Origin: Candidatus Omnitrophota bacterium
Lineage (GTDB): Bacteria; Omnitrophota; Omnitrophia; Omnitrophales; Aquincolibacteriaceae
NCBI GenBank assembly: GCA_030698625.1
Contig: JAUYMS010000003.1
Coordinates: 83,471 to 147,470 of the forward strand
Direction: 5' to 3'
Length of the DNA stretch: 64,000 bases
Shown: one piece after another, positions 37,001 through 37,655 of the stretch
How the letters are laid out: every line of letters starts with the position of its first letter
Numbering within the stretch: the stretch's first letter is position 1
Made by a program: the position numbers and the translations under genes
Notes under the pieces: generated by a model
The model's database searches: none
Told to the model about the DNA's origin: nothing
What the model saw: the letters and a program-made list of their open reading frames with translations, nothing else

Positions 37001-37655
37001 CTATGACCCCGACGGCCCTGTCCTCTATGGTGTTGCAACGGCAAGCGAGCGCTCCGAGCTGCGGACAGCGACAACGATTGAGGATTTGGCGGCGCGGAGC
37101 AAGGACCTCTCGGCGTATGAAAAGGTAGCGAAGGCGATGCGTAACCTCAAGCAGGCTGCCACGGTGTTTGTGGACTTCAATGATCTCATCAAGTTCTCGG
37201 ATGAGCAGTTGGAAGAGTTCTTTGTGCTCGGCGCGATGAATCAGCGGGCCGTGAAATTCGTGGTTTACAACTATCACAACCGCGATGTGGACGCCAAACT
37301 CGGTGCCTTTCTCGCGCTGCACAATGTCGAAACACCGCGTATCGATGATGCAACTGCCTTTGAACGTTTCGGGCTCAACGAAAAGCGTACGGCAATTCAT
37401 TTCTCCAAATTTGCGCCGGGTAAGGACCCGAAGAGCCGCTGGAGTACATTCGCGGCTTCTAAGCTCAAGCGCTACTACCGCTACACGACCGAAGAACAGG
37501 GTTTGCTCGGCATTGCCCTGCTTTACGCCAATTTCGCGGAGAACCTGCCGGAACTCGTCGAGGACGAGGGCTACATCATCGGCACAGCTGAGACCATCAG
37601 CGACCTGGTCGAACGCTACCTCGCCGAAGACATTGCCGTCTCCATAGCCGCATAA
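906..37655 (+). CDS. Giant multi-domain protein. It is 12,250 aa counting from TTG 903, but ATG 906 with an AGGA ribosome-binding site 9 nt upstream is the likely start. It has a Sec signal peptide and mosaic enzymatic domains separated by recurrent RSELR motifs.
   Basis: Single uninterrupted reading frame of 36.7 kb in the ORF track. N-terminal positively charged segment plus hydrophobic core and an AYA cleavage-like site. Recognisable domain motifs throughout (see sub-features). RSELR occurs 15 times in frame. Confidence 0.85.
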   Translation: MRKKNFKRGFCIWQKLTAAFVSVCMILLSVVEYVPAAYASTAAISAAQPNLFSLQLPSALGNVEESFRGLSTKTVILIQDAHDSLEAQEHIAELVDHLVAEKGIKTVYEEGYEGEVPSDELFGFIEDKDHREKVSYFFMDRLRIGGAEYAHINRKKDFRLIGADNIDLHIENVSRYQDLSKTKRETVEDLRALIGQVTSLAHRYFPQPLKEWMKLKERFEAGKLGLTDYLKRMMALSDGVEESESITVGPIITLLVAAEASGDDKLLEQIRDLDPKAVYREIADLEDRLAGIYVETDRDRHIFRFYRDLTLLGRLSDIAVTQTEYGAVQKALARFDTQGLAEFITKNTGKSVVLSRQWERNIRNAVRFYDVAHARHKALRRRLEEFKSDPEEETAALVFGGFHTEDIREILKELDISFHVVSPRITEMSERHQKYYKRLMSAGYHDFELNDKVRRASRAVTYFELDGSAAIIARAHDYVRSELRDLPREILNTNIEKHLGGEAVLQAGVKPEAQTDADLLGPAPGIESVVGSERSELRRLEYGGTTLLFTAAAGSAAAGAVLAFLLPWMGLKALAAAIGLGAAIAFAGSARSRIALASKVRAALGEVTVIGKGSYTNVMGHESLTNSLRPESTKLSRGWVILQKRGAKALKDLEESVKGPQNRDAEEKAVYQALYKRGLVPKTVYLGLMPIRDIKIKPTDRNMRGIYDDAEGQFRKDRKDKDSRLPDHRSADIVRIAIQEEGLPLHEYFKLVTAKKGTAITALVEFTQKLWGEGFIDLDLRIDNYMVKLKNGKPVTDADGSPVILLHDFGAVFKLPRSREGIESFLKSTINKSDISAGFFLLRNLIHVNRSFEQAGKKTIKVYSPIADSHENAIAKKLFPGMSLKGIAEMYVLGRNEANHVSTGLKTYLLEFFQRDGRGEVIEGHIEELARRIFLALTEASGDRDDRTRSELRAADAGWMAELDDASAHQLAVDVMRRLEHVSPETPYEAKLGAGSVFKMGEQNIAVEYGTAKTGGWFSKDTAVMRIGALVFVQLQRGSARSLTAQLKKHMINLGDLYQQNRGNIIFMPPADYSRPSAQDPVHMITQIAVAAMLASRESFPGAVVTDLGAGDGLLSQIALRLGAKRVVLVDRKYGQLRKAEKLLRGQGYDQFELLEADLTDTRFIKRILEENLDRESTIALVNIGPHKRLYGDANRIVMERIMRWTGLGLIINAGYYGSGWIFPEAHDEEIKYLEELLPHHGFETTVYEDGMGWRRALTAKRGAQRSELRAEEGKAEFIARMEQIFAGVKQSGKKLGTEEFAERMGYPGRWVTARNRAKRLGYPPATLQQYVETGAGKGRARETKQEFAARLEKIFESVRKSEKREKISRKLFMRLTGYTNKWDALLQRARKAGYAWEAISPYVEADEAPSKIEFLKRLRAIADAVKRHKRRDKISRDFFMRLMGYPENWTALIQRARTSGVTLADISEFVESAEETGVDDRGRIREEQLRDAVTTAKEEFGITGQSMQTLNRARRAEYLNRVAALVGYTNRNNFLHLTEKMGVNLAAFDIHRLERLVPYTLTESRQWLIDNLPKPEDTEGRRKWISTIMHLTGMGMLGRTAAYTLLRAVSSGESGFSELDKPVAEELELDLSTVSSSLLGKEPVSMDRSPNLLDFFVTAANRKLEIERLNPSARSRQITMTPLLDNHLFPYHLEQMLTTQRTSTRAGVLVEEVIGELGSELNAEERTLLRAVVRARAAGTRLRYQTHRTVTAANEILFGTRETLGSTGVYHKVKAAVENSEKLRAAFEALRGDLDLSTDRFDRGFFEWLHTGGYLHDAEIHGITRLMVYDIENVPSPHLLPKLSPENKQAFAVAYFRNHHFQQIAENSAAVLDDPGLPVHTLSAGSLRGWIQGRRPRKIVGGIRRLEAALKPGSPVQEVRESSTEHERETGQILAGGGHNKDLLSFINGLHMRRAKVVAFFNLATRISESVTGPKALELKHAYQTLLLGVLKNPELEVDSTPVHLMLMSTIVNHRHDEAFLRKFFETLLVAAHGMSARVSNREAANMLARTIQGSAVYLAAGPKGPITREGLVHAYQRSAAEKKRYLKVQTVRDDAEFRLMGSLAVPVGLRPDNVYFSKLYNAVIAKVYAPVRVISDEDAAGHKVRNRSPKTLRHVRESQKFDLAKIRSEADEHRRRLRQAERLAYDFWGTQGEPGYWPEEKVKGYIWTHYRRWVREVVWENGRRDMGSHDGVDMEDLMDLARDSVAYVGYTYNAPEEFTLNLDDPGSPEERHAMITGVEALVQEKDATLKEFELMVKDKDKDATELKRAGFGLKKAERAKAYVESVLTLHRHYLEGDAEKAANVYFDLAEQRETIERNIMRSLFTSYLRPSILHYKSRRAVKQAFFELKAISLDQPLPDGDGELMDIAIPVLRSRDEEAVIVDDPRLASFRSIAIKQHFAQVRTSALSDTDRDQYIMRLYYGLEPAYAGVDLTQTDIATIVAFHGGALITDERIRQIIARHDKDIFRRVVHLAQADNLKSWDTFMLQLGVKEPDDAPPPVVIPIEENESKIWLGSHIWIATLGDHAGKYLSFKIIAYDRYNPRSADAGYNNVELQKRIYPYMLEIVVRDPTKPEKGNENLVAVFHVHVIHRPTGSVQQLPIIAVRGKPHYFLRVDSGAHDSTLEPAAEKVDRDQGERPEPTEVPEEPVREAAIEEPVDRFKDWHESAIPHLQRQLKSAQATSLGHPDFEELAPVGEHGRIWVAYQKGNVERKAFFHTGIAGEGQAWVGRRYDLSKSLYVYRIVRVSDTGEAESTRYYRLDLDDHGQPTAMGFREFKYDGSVWEKVSIPGPFWLKQRSELRSASNTDDFDPRLIDTYSRLFVEGLLNTVESEGYPEPYQGAVKEARSRLNAVDMPSLADVLQPVEAALKIPVTLDGLSGAADETKVYELARLQYKVRALNKFRVPIREFIKNLMERAEFAARIQSSTEGPVRMGLIHFEEEGHKSGQYSNGLADIVIDWMSTWDASVNAIVFRNIRFDYFFNIVGLANALQSKFFPDAPDPDALVVLLRESLRNAVVWGNKSRPDNLAAIRWRFEGEELVIDVIDRNREEIDFTKKPEPPRGVKPIYYSPRTDPASGGYPGDIKPFIDPAFLTGDRYDFPILDKSGRRLGQVLHLRYPYPQRSELRDEDDEEVLGYVADHADFDTTGFITSRFSGGSNVVGLGDLHTNLAVKAQTIDLIRSGEITHLVMELNGEDLNKALKNRESLREAIRRHFEILVINDEDIESFVDVILAAQTAGVELVFPDPRKTSRPDDPGQETVDMEAALAIGSIVRSDQDAKVLVLFGAEHTRRGLRWPRKEGRSRLTLGENLKTEEGVRYYSVYLESPDRRDTSDYTLVRGDKYRQQGFALTNMASFPRQMLDRAADTDFFRPEEIDAYVQLPLLSYEDYRTLVAAGEDLPKFVLPEFTEDLAVKSSVGENEPERRRAIREKAARLVALLRTQPDADWPIEEMVEEFNGFRLDVSEYAPEIGVIYLWLSPTDSFTISVPTYFAVPSQGIVVHAPEFSDDRYEDEIIQLPIEIAKLLNGNEIEKDSSGIFSPAGSDIYWKEWRQRHAYQYYRTLVGPIGAGAVQAILARESGRKWRVVDFFAGDGSFLRYLSKHLATVQPDTDVDYAMVEKFSELIDQAPRTLAGTAVEIHQADIRHLQDVKAIIGKKPVIVTAFGGLNSGVVKQDDAEAIAKRIYAALPAGSYLVLGGYSAMMVNAKELAAMGFEVLNTGLPHYMVTEDREAPNQLYILRKPYPWYRGGLWRSELRSAFDYDAYRKRQEAGLEVILEEIDALRTDGRWEKMPLSARLQLIGERADVVPLDWGAWLELLEKTGMWFGPEREKMEDPTDQVEATMTGDYQILQAPSMRQPQQGETYSRYLTSYGACDCLVLTLYHPGTKVGMIDHLYLERKKNPAERIAGALKTMHEEYGIDPREVRAEISGGQMDLSNFKAIQILEALETHEVPIYFFQALDFPLVMLDGYYPYAEGDGHVALDLETGRHYRLHDIIPPAQKRRHRSELRKGKPIEDYLKELENEKAVFGPDNAGEFSESHRYVDGILKKLILTAGFDPAEYSLYLVDDPEPKAWIQGRYPAVFISLGLLRFFGRHRLSQDALAHLLAHEVLHLRQHKEDEHYSGPSSWSEYYAEYYANEYDADVRALRLMAEAGFSIQDAESTFEKLREGMGKNDYSPLGSYPQMRTRSDRIKQIRDYGRWPDSARAAPQAMPQEVLREAMRFSLRRQKWHRANRINQVKELSELIETADALNDLTFILWSGLGRLKKRRVLKSAKVPHAVESALVTRLAALPIWPEYLSADTRDLAAKLLGKFLAATVYGKFMERTVLIDHELLNEKALLDELSEIFHSAKNAKDVLDLISAAIFVTMPQRIALGRETAGDAQKSYAAYQNRWHAEPRRGGDTVGWVYTWEQFLGRALLEEVPYVPIAGRQVRWGPFIRVVGWIQGAVRFVLGRFVSIDWIQVRDPLAGWTAADLGRVYEAGAGRTWGGYHIGPMRHSNVVGIDHWLFQAAINHPELVKAMDTDTFRRFVKDATKIAVAKGPGHSDDPETQEAKMRNMIYEAASLDAAKREVIQNLLGNDYDVFGFFRTGIESFPDTWIFGENAPGTGYAYAEKRMDDLIRQLHARRGSISGMVLHHSEVLHASDRLAESAKLTQTEHLRLMAHLAKTEWYSADMMWHSLLGWESGRVQWIPSFLGQADDELNAFIDLDLRARLGDGVWESLPVTGRFIFYAYLNDIYQLPADWEAWDREVQSWSTEQIRLLHRVVAQSTNRPVFDTDARLDREAIDRRPPLPYRRSREELLLRLSVLGLLKEQGVSLKKYLPPVELGRSAPSGAFGFADQLADLPRGRKEDNPRVRRAMDHLFHMFRLEKGRSPWINRTDIEKNGEQGMTAILGYVFAETGETPADMADRIAHWLPATAYRNWVLYLIFMHHYLGRTLGVKIDRKRLGDTSYMAEVWASVSDNQRESARHFIREKIAPLMVQDARLEGLNLARVFDHFIHEKLHEVDEAAYEKALPGFQDVRYFVPGTVLTQLDLMMGGVFSPGISEQIADAASDPQDILEQISTAYPRASAERDRLLVELADHARADSGVLKDIMPLLDGPWYKQEIGVRALRSIRASQSTTSVDDSLKLIENWLPSATPIRDGLLHEVIQEEVGTLPELNAVEEKLFALQPNEQRRLRGNQAVALMGLEFFQAIFGYGTPMASKLDLLDWFFFEGGKPDILRRYEFHFRISFEGFIEESGDLAKNEPEVAREVRKRLLAFVLDGDQGILSDDDATDELFNRLLARWLPENTEFDIVIRTVLESLIGLSDRLRKREILMHLLAGPDDLSALGNDPELRQAKVAKLILEANGLVGIKVGQVLANSALVTDMPVPMRTELANLQDRADPMDRAVSLRILDQIHNGKLHDHYPRIGRVLGSASTSVVYDAWHRSGRHVALKLLRPTARNRTVGDLAMLKLIPADVIERLNAKNIAIPEWLENYLGLLVGRVERLVMPELFYTVEAQSMDRFRVRQLARGSALRIPEVVENPGDDLIAMELIEDAVPVSDEAGINTRGRQMGDVRRDIAQEMIVEVHEGEYHGDPHPRNFLVDKDGRLWMIDLGAVYEVSPKSAAFLISLVAALHMGADIRPILADLLTANADPAALESAISEAARVETIPEKIAQIFLTLDQQALLPEDLALTQRLFLQGGHIFEGLSLWDLMQIGEQLKDGPQRSELGSETPVVREGLRPDLTPFIGIGVHRKDHLSYGNSAAIEGAEKLTDFLRDRDLLHEIQLTVETEAQSQIGREIASKLDRVPDATMRLIVDGAFMQKCCSEAVLGIFDHLEAKPGRFAELHLPLDLILYWDDRQMRDSPPEEKEEYIAMQVLPNLERRGFGYKAYGVNHQILAERDPPKGGETRLVVKLWHSAKEMENWADSLAAKPLRSELRALEPVMPVKKVLVMTGEYSYMPFDKEREWERYVVDYLRKAGVEAEFVYANGAGGTLRRFEEEFDEIGLVIATDDVLRGVRERERLIGRNPVPYILMKTTYLRMDEPELEELGNAVYVHSGLGTLDELKEIIPEIVGNAEGAVYEPFWTGEGIEAKPAREGVEHPAVELLEELRQDLTNPTFLKKIYRDTTDYDAEPLTARFTLIPGYSLPAFPMTPASFRDDVHRRIIKEVYSILPHVIEFPVEATGRAPVVIGADSDEGIARWAKTMRVGSRFDQWISDKMPLVHIEQSLNRIMTEIDGKERANKALRRSVYRKLGWRVHDLEIKSEAAGDEAGQTIFNVMGTWLLANPEAVTRAWVAEDEDGAAAGMLVLKRTIANETFGEHREMVNSAIAIASDAATRGKGIAPRMIRESFEAMRQRGIRYYFADIDYRNKPSFRTFIKTAAAAGATVTHFPEMTTSREEERPFLIDLFSDQPAPRDLPEALPSDPDEAWAYVLAQGLMQEPSDEYSWTPPAADGDRAVREYRVKDVTEEIEADEDAGTWIDFQELYDDKVHAKLRDITEYPDPAGHEAMMRGFEVQPDGSFDTVKLEDGAYSAIVRIADRAAVQDTQQAFRKFVDAIAKVFPADVRDQVRVWETGEDNPHIGTAVFQVPEVLLGGKQPRLQPRHIEPLQELVREMTQDEETIPLTFLGYGIGADGGFVRLYSDPAGRFMKLRNALLLKGHKVSQMYASGRGTNIIAMTGGRILHLPYSADAAIAARQKDRVLEIVRDRAQAFQSQWEQNLAEPQILDVDGLTWVLEDKWLTERNEQGVEDVFFPFGGRSELRSLSEDLLAELAAEYAVSRLTSGRNSAEEQELMLKTMRSDVHKAILWRYKGLEFELRERIEEVVFEAVQAAVRTYDGVRLSYLDYFYATAQEAILHFFAKSVPAAKRPYLLSEPLEAYLRFLSLENRRPELDEFLGLTVNDMKNEDYLVLQRETDAANYEDSISVPVRAAAPENQLPKPVQIANAGMVRLAKAFGIQAADITAAMIHSVPNTEWAVLSLFFGIDGELIQDPEQIARRLTELGYRDANNEALRGEKVSDYVVRGLNRLQNRETGRTRLADALGKKPTEITPDLLQALTSREEALIRYKFGIGKSRLMTHLEIAEKLTKEGFSFNDGVHVTKTLYRILQKLKTAQTGWQLLAADLGKPEEEARRDFEKNAAKMTQLETLAVTHYYGLGVNRIKDKTRLAKHLSDLTHETIRRNRLYRLLARGLAVLRGEKKRVRVKSAYQPPIISEIPEEVGVTGDELLQVMRAAAGDQSLAEALVPVRDAWYALHPLGREILIINFGLGVTAAKSLPEISKRLKESPYWVEKSDPAKTTLTRHRRLALADLKQRVSGLNRLAEDTGVSEEYLPGIISQGLALEQKRVLKMTFGLDTERIVPDKLIVDIFRDAWSEEINAMRVRTVRRDALQRIREFAVNAGYADESVLTKRKKDMSKRTPRPPKWTRERVDQLIAESADEKLRATILHRQGLGGLVNAASGFYGSWQKALEAHHRDITKINIRKTPQRSELRADSPELSDSRDAEYKKRLTDILEQRALIMELRELEPASDEMVAVILERLGEYAASAKASLVDVEDFKFVLRLVTNPAWRTGKFSEKMKALTHLWGYVVFTAVREHRMNPQLRSSVDHLITDMLGAEFENRAPLRRILINTEVGSPYHEKPLHGEEQMLGSDFVYLIKSLAKNLNLSGRLAERNDRLVGPILRAFEGRYDFTLTEAERGKILQLMEGNDLLAIFVSAMDNGLTRPPSREMTLEDIRKIRGKFREVVADSIGSYPVSARDRILVRILQKQPELGRELMAEAQAAVSYSRKPIDFEAAGASTVKRRKGVNVADTEGFGDFAVKHPDLHAVLTSRESLLTLMQTAALVRDFFPYTLTAPDKLQTPVQFAIEYGMYLPLGHGYYLTPISGSFKRHLLFTMDDKNRPVMTVPIKIPGKIPGRRPALNGDLDRYRDAREVFGDDMEIAGAMGTVEPAGLESVMLYGEEREVTEKDHLRVLVLEGPEAGWRVEYLRHKDLQRISDHYPKYHGDASLVADDIARSILRGVAQWHALNYLGKGPGEGSGTDLHTGNWELLTPPLNGDPEQGISVRNIIDLASLHQYVEDRAAFDGQRMWDLKTVIDARDVLTGPGVTFSLLALHLKENEHDFLEDPHDLFEKYTAIYSEEYEAVKQIAKRPPPMSYREIYTTILGETHEAPLIITGLTGAGKTILAENYEKYLREGEVEVPAHLVHSDGFLRYSVMALLIRLLITLGWIKVDALTKEGFIQRHYFDLEKRDRFVDEVKAGKYEGKQLVIEGIFSDILFAQALNAKTLLIEANSASVYEERYVDRSMKDKKRLKLPAQFLARTLISNRLNQQLLDSRENHDLVLNLDDIFKPKLTVNRPPKKAELRRSGLLKVIVDALTAPAGIRERLTADGVKFGSVPEPYVSTFDLEGLPWVFTQYRNEDKDSPLLSLDELKEQALTLTGTLEVKFDGGARNAGVFLGYVQEVPHPVVIKYFQAGVSDMDAYDRALELYMAQIVAFSGVGPEFYGVLVEDGEIVGYAMQAAPGAFATQTSDLLYLMRYLYQSGDADNKAVQQNVMRIEETMARYAMVPVDGHLNVLLSRTGHISLIDAGNVRPASELAEFRMPSWMSSEEKVKQLFQLMQAYLQKRRPLITRRGAIHTLLDHTQAEHAAPLVSVTTREMMKDGLHESLVKYVRQGGHLVLTTPAFKEEAFLSAIDGIHRNFAETGEIELLGRIHFIASDNNLKDIFVYESDAGGYRLLPDDPMEPDPLLKLVRYLNTAGRKVLPLMSYDYESASVPRRAYFDTAHRVFSQTPHAGKYVAIWDIEEITERLAERAPEELEKGRKELPAQQDFMEWTFESTPFEVPAGNQVKVIVGEKGRGAPGFVWAGVNDWEKTYLIPLVQNPATGRHEAVLPAGTTAFTFYWRDSPKAAGERWEGRDFHVRSAERSELRAAAVNITETVLPNAGLKGMASQDAKVLIAELDGDFLLESKTWPERNARTFTAAERKIFETGEGLTPFSEFDLTHDDVASVTHSIYDRTSGIIGIRAAVEDKAGTVRYIRFSGAGTNEMEKLKTLMPPISEMTAEGTVLRVSAGNQGDLAGNFTVHSRKERGWEFFGANDEPWRGARYKAFVQLENGKRMLGEVELVGEAKDNRIKQVFITPVGGRERVELDAMQTRSVIVAYTLGWGETPADELLRKNYAMSSDIRHLLAFPFFRGGPQFYNQTVLTRERYKAAMNFRPLDFDIVDMTGNAIPVAELLGQLDKYGYVAKDTADEVVKPGDYFIADENNIRLIFHPAVYPVNILVTSQDGEKAAFVSIQGVSGNLGANYWNVFEWIQEQLPWAFAAFALDNGKDPSWQSYNEDGTEAELLVTGRDLVNATVLVTKRDGFQRSELRLPARTAEEMMTRREFIPRAALAVAAGLVVLYESPNIVLAADEEKGEVTLFLLSHGTVEDFETVKPHVEAVIKRLLDAGKTVHYFVEAADLEAELSLTSLIYAALAPDQSADLREVFGNLYTEPLPEAFLETSFEQDQLFVPLLQGVERGLQYMKDHNEIPADRIADYELVLKLLPVLRKIKEKFRGIVRGTASPDSDDVTREVAIERLTKLFDEFYDATDHSYEPDGLAKAPFAHRLHYALNRDKDGKPWGFWGAQEMYLREGTFAPELGTRLLVHRERLLTPGQLDAYTTASVQYSKLFEALGFPGNPKSVIEIEGKFPEAVFYATQGTAEERLALVRKAYYEAGARFESAVMGGRDRALSQEAVRLTPEDKDASVITRGLAHVAAGRLLADNAATDVRDMKQIQGRAQPAVDAPNTEAELREMRGGNPGDAIKLKVGQHMVVGLISDLVREVHKDHLKAYRERYENLAAGIPDTLQGEDREKEIEKQMNQAPYFRAMDPAPLPKRLERFFVEDRRSIWNAMADHPEQVEEFLLQAFRIHAAYQRVVAATLRKKKETEPEEDPVEMAGRIYATYLAMLKLRSASIPTPLEAEELPFKLITKAVADGVYEGDVKTFLDTFEAEAEKVMDFKPSLLRRERYRSELRDDEPVKEIPLYMAYARHLNAADTFDFAKPFFDEAIQKTSRKDGRPNGIMIIEHVDSNLAAMFMNAMHRVVDPVQFPDSVVGAWFRQQLTIPKQWTPYEKMESFLVQYRQDQPFRTEVDNQYQAFLKHIGVERIYGIYDLKQRIGPASVLQHAELDYFIEKGIGQAALEPARFETAATAYLFGELDKEIRQALTQRRYDDAANLHLKSIDLLEDSGKVRDRIMNQFVGELIREDPERAIYHFRGFNHERNHDLLTGDGQKAAGVLVGSRLGQRPVFSTTTFQAMDGAEKNLLLIHFMNEVLDHLLHEEKLSSHRSIQEFLAFHLSLTQGLEREFKSLEQPEDYDAWFREIFDAANETVQRKSLSLGLALLEVLEERNILSRSELRTEGGDKEKPRGQITRRTFLDWMVKAANAAAAASGVSPGALLEAAVSIPAEKPDLSLAALARRFAHNPDSLKELEQGVAWLQAFTILYGTDKKEEDYELGLINLKLAVLDGVRTRKESEGVTALSEEEAASRLETALNSLESIAQSEGLKKAPHLLERLRSLMAEPFSFKAALSARTALIRHAWGTVLGPRSELSRVAKDVAEWYGRDLRAAQAVMAEIAEQLTPEGFRKIRQRELIFERNMDNYFDRSLLPEIARGEAEIDWSNLLEDDYRARMSRFKDLAGQLPAAVRKQVFANPKVREAERSYRQWQRESWKRKEERETSADPESLKMIIVGGRFDDEGGRPSSLVNQIHAALPAGTKRVNGGRFDAIPGLAKTLADYDVIIWFPDIPNDKAKYRNLKARYPDKLLVTSKRNHEGSYSDLEVVDHALKLKSNLVIEFSDTIPFNMRLLDPLGNVYEDTQDASSLAKSMTRRLKVIAKVRRQGTKRVAVASPVKVPDEPEFFDIIRDQAARFHEIMSERRPETEENEEFCFRCERGFPSMREGDFAFVSKRGAANTERHFTRKDMVPVDLASFRETGEINFYGPNKPAVDTPVQVRLYNQYPEVKYIMHSHEYVEGAPFTDEVYASEALQEFDEIVKVVGKEPGVKNVAVNLKGHGSVVLAADPEYLRNTKYVSRTFISERTEMNAILVGGRFDGEGGTPSALIQELHGAFPPGVTLHNGGSIEELTALFSGLSEYEVIMWFPEIPRGEDTLTSKIKLVYPFKKLITAAHNRSGDRPFQVIMDKALGVRSNLVVEFYDGEKPGMRLLDPLSNQYGDTTDPALFAAAIRERLEIMRKFTRQRTVLAGEAKVPPRNAEFEEYLGIIQAYGEKVHELIHPAEGVKRFLGNTSFRASYMYPDAGYDDLVYISRRNVDKRNLDETGFIAIEKDSFKNRQIGYYADRDPITGEEQKPSVDTPTQVRFFSKLPNVNFILHSHVYIDGAPFTEALCPCGSLEEVEDVLKLIGHDYSRTNFAINLRGHGSLLFAQSLDYLKEDHPYTARPLPELLNTDGSKARAADYLKSPYIREARIVGDGETVTAEILPNFETLEAFAREEGLYTLREVDLRNDPAVYQLFMDIAGGVNRLLDESEHIRNIVLLSSPPGADRQQMIDTAIAETALEETTSAYFESEEFAREILAVPGRELPEAYVNVLRRDFRAGRSGHYKRLLGFTGSGEAMFESMEEYFNSDAAVKIYKVLFKGRVAGRIVVNERTKTLIDAIVLEPYRGNYLGDAVIGLLDQKYGEYSIVIPTGVPIYNFLIKRGFKVLHSESFGAIDLDIISRTSHSEEDLAPVKDVHRTIFALYANAKMADLSAAAKDPKESGLYRNFPEVYDLLYQRFSRRLGDYLGLVKENTPDGGAIMDAAAGTGEVSVPLLQAGYRVLSADLNAGMLEQLQKKAGEGSVTANTAVASFHELGDREDQFDTVSVRQAINYLVGEKELVSGLKALRKRIRNGGKFVFNAPNYNPATFTPPERGPDHIKLGTMNAIVWESNAIDENGILTHHQRALVWDDNGRDDVRYYHDKNTFQMYTKDELDSALKDAGFSEISYYSEHGKAYDPDGPVLYGVATASERSELRTATTIEDLAARSKDLSAYEKVAKAMRNLKQAATVFVDFNDLIKFSDEQLEEFFVLGAMNQRAVKFVVYNYHNRDVDAKLGAFLALHNVETPRIDDATAFERFGLNEKRTAIHFSKFAPGKDPKSRWSTFAASKLKRYYRYTTEEQGLLGIALLYANFAENLPELVEDEGYIIGTAETISDLVERYLAEDIAVSIAA
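2520..2700 (+). other. Two predicted transmembrane helices (GGTTLLFTAAAGSAAAGAVLAFLLPWMGLKALAAAIGLGAAIAFAGSA) immediately after the first RSELR.
   Basis: About 50-residue Ala/Gly/Leu-rich hydrophobic stretch flanked by charged residues. Begins 5 residues after RSELR at 2505-2519. Confidence 0.5.
3050..3420 (+). other. Protein-kinase-like fold domain 1 (catalytic-loop-like DLDLRIDNYMV and DFG motif ILLHDFGAV).
   Basis: Order and spacing of D-x-x-x-x-N and DFG motifs typical of ePK-like, RIO, Kdo or LPS kinases. Motif-level only. Confidence 0.35.
4140..4560 (+). other. Class I SAM-dependent methyltransferase-like domain 1 (motif I VTDLGAGDGLLS, followed by an acidic motif II VVLVD).
   Basis: Gly-rich DxGxGxG nucleotide-binding motif, then a hydrophobic strand ending in an acidic residue about 20 aa later. 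Rossmann-like periodicity. Confidence 0.55.
4722..5330 (+). repeat. Three tandem ~68-aa protein repeats (consensus …EF..RL..I…VK…KR.KIS…FMRL.GYP..W.AL.QRAR..G…..IS.YVE).
   Basis: Read from the translation: repeats start near 4722, 4941 and 5141. They are conserved at the amino-acid level but diverged at the DNA level. Confidence 0.6.
11640..12240 (+). other. Class I SAM-methyltransferase-like domain 2 (motif I RVVDFFAGDGSFL).
   Basis: DxxxGxG motif with hydrophobic beta-strand context and a downstream LVLGGY strand. Confidence 0.4.
13250..13620 (+). other. Zincin-like metalloprotease motif region (LAHLLAHEVLHLRQH; HEVLH at 13344-13358), M48/SprT-like context.
   Basis: HExxH embedded in a hydrophobic helix. 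A downstream Glu/His-rich segment (KEDEHYSG…EYYAEYYANEYDAD) could supply a third ligand. Confidence 0.45.
17090..17940 (+). other. ABC1/UbiB-family atypical protein kinase domain.
   Basis: N-terminal ABC1 signature GQVLANSALVTDMPVPMRTELANLQDRADPMD (compare GQxLSxRxDLLP…LxxLQDxVPP). Nucleotide-binding segment IGRVLGSASTSVVYDAWHRSGRHVALKLLRP. Catalytic HGDPHPRNFLVDKDGRLWMIDLGAV (compare HADPHPGN…IDFG). Confidence 0.75.
19900..20160 (+). other. GNAT-type N-acetyltransferase-like domain (motif A IAIASDAATRGKGIAPRMIRESFEAMRQRGIRYYFADI).
   Basis: R/Q-x-x-G-x-G/A acetyl-CoA-binding-like motif followed by a helix and a beta-strand with an aromatic residue. Motif-level only. Confidence 0.4.
22170..23190 (+). 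repeat. Array of at least four sigma-70 region-4-like (LuxR/ECF-like) helix-turn-helix repeats.
   Basis: Repeats LTSREEALIRYKFGIGKSRLMTHLEIAEKL…TKTLYRILQKL; LETLAVTHYYGLGVNRIKDKTRLAKHLSDLTHETIRRNRLYRLLARGL; LHPLGREILIINFGLGVTAAKSLPEISKRL…TLTRHRRLALADLKQRV; LEQKRVLKMTFGLDTERIVPDKLIVDIF…AMRVRTVRRDALQRIREF. All fit the pattern L..RE..VL.LRFGL……TLEEIG……VTRERIRQIE.KALRKL. Confidence 0.45.
25480..25900 (+). other. P-loop NTPase, uridine-kinase or PRK-like (Walker A LIITGLTGAGKTIL at about 25534-25557).
   Basis: GxxGxGK[ST] preceded by a hydrophobic strand. A downstream acidic or hydrophobic Walker-B-like strand (QLVIEGIFSD). Confidence 0.5.
26380..26800 (+). other. Protein-kinase-like fold domain 3 (VVIKYF beta3-Lys-like, DGHLNVLL catalytic-like, ISLIDAGN DFG-like).
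   Basis: Motif order and spacing as in APH, choline-kinase or ePK-like folds. Motif-level only. Confidence 0.35.
29157..29255 (+). other. Internal twin-arginine (Tat)-like signal peptide MMTRREFIPRAALAVAAGLVVLYESPNIVLAA|DEE, located 8 residues after an RSELR site.
   Basis: T-R-R-E-F-I matches the S/T-R-R-x-F-L Tat consensus. It is followed by a hydrophobic h-region and an A-x-A (LAA) signal-peptidase-like site. The position is internal (aa ~9419). Confidence 0.5.
33207..34271 (+). repeat. Duplicated module, copy 1 (~355 aa): a Rossmann-like domain (MIIVGGRFDDEGGRPS…) plus a class II aldolase/adducin-like domain (…YIMHSHEYVEGAPFT…NLKGHGSVVLAA).
   Basis: Clear collinear amino-acid similarity to copy 2 over the full length. 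HSH and GHG metal-ligand-like motifs at positions typical for class II aldolase or epimerase folds. Confidence 0.55.
34272..35325 (+). repeat. Duplicated module, copy 2 (MNAILVGGRFDGEGGTPS… / …FILHSHVYIDGAPFT…NLRGHGSLLFAQ).
   Basis: Same architecture and motif order as copy 1. DNA diverged, so this is an ancient tandem duplication. Confidence 0.55.
36380..37030 (+). other. Class I SAM-methyltransferase-like domain 3 (motif I AIMDAAAGTGEVS; motif II RVLSADLN; post-I FDTVSV; motif III GGKFVFNAPN).
   Basis: All four canonical class I methyltransferase motifs in the correct order and spacing. Confidence 0.65.
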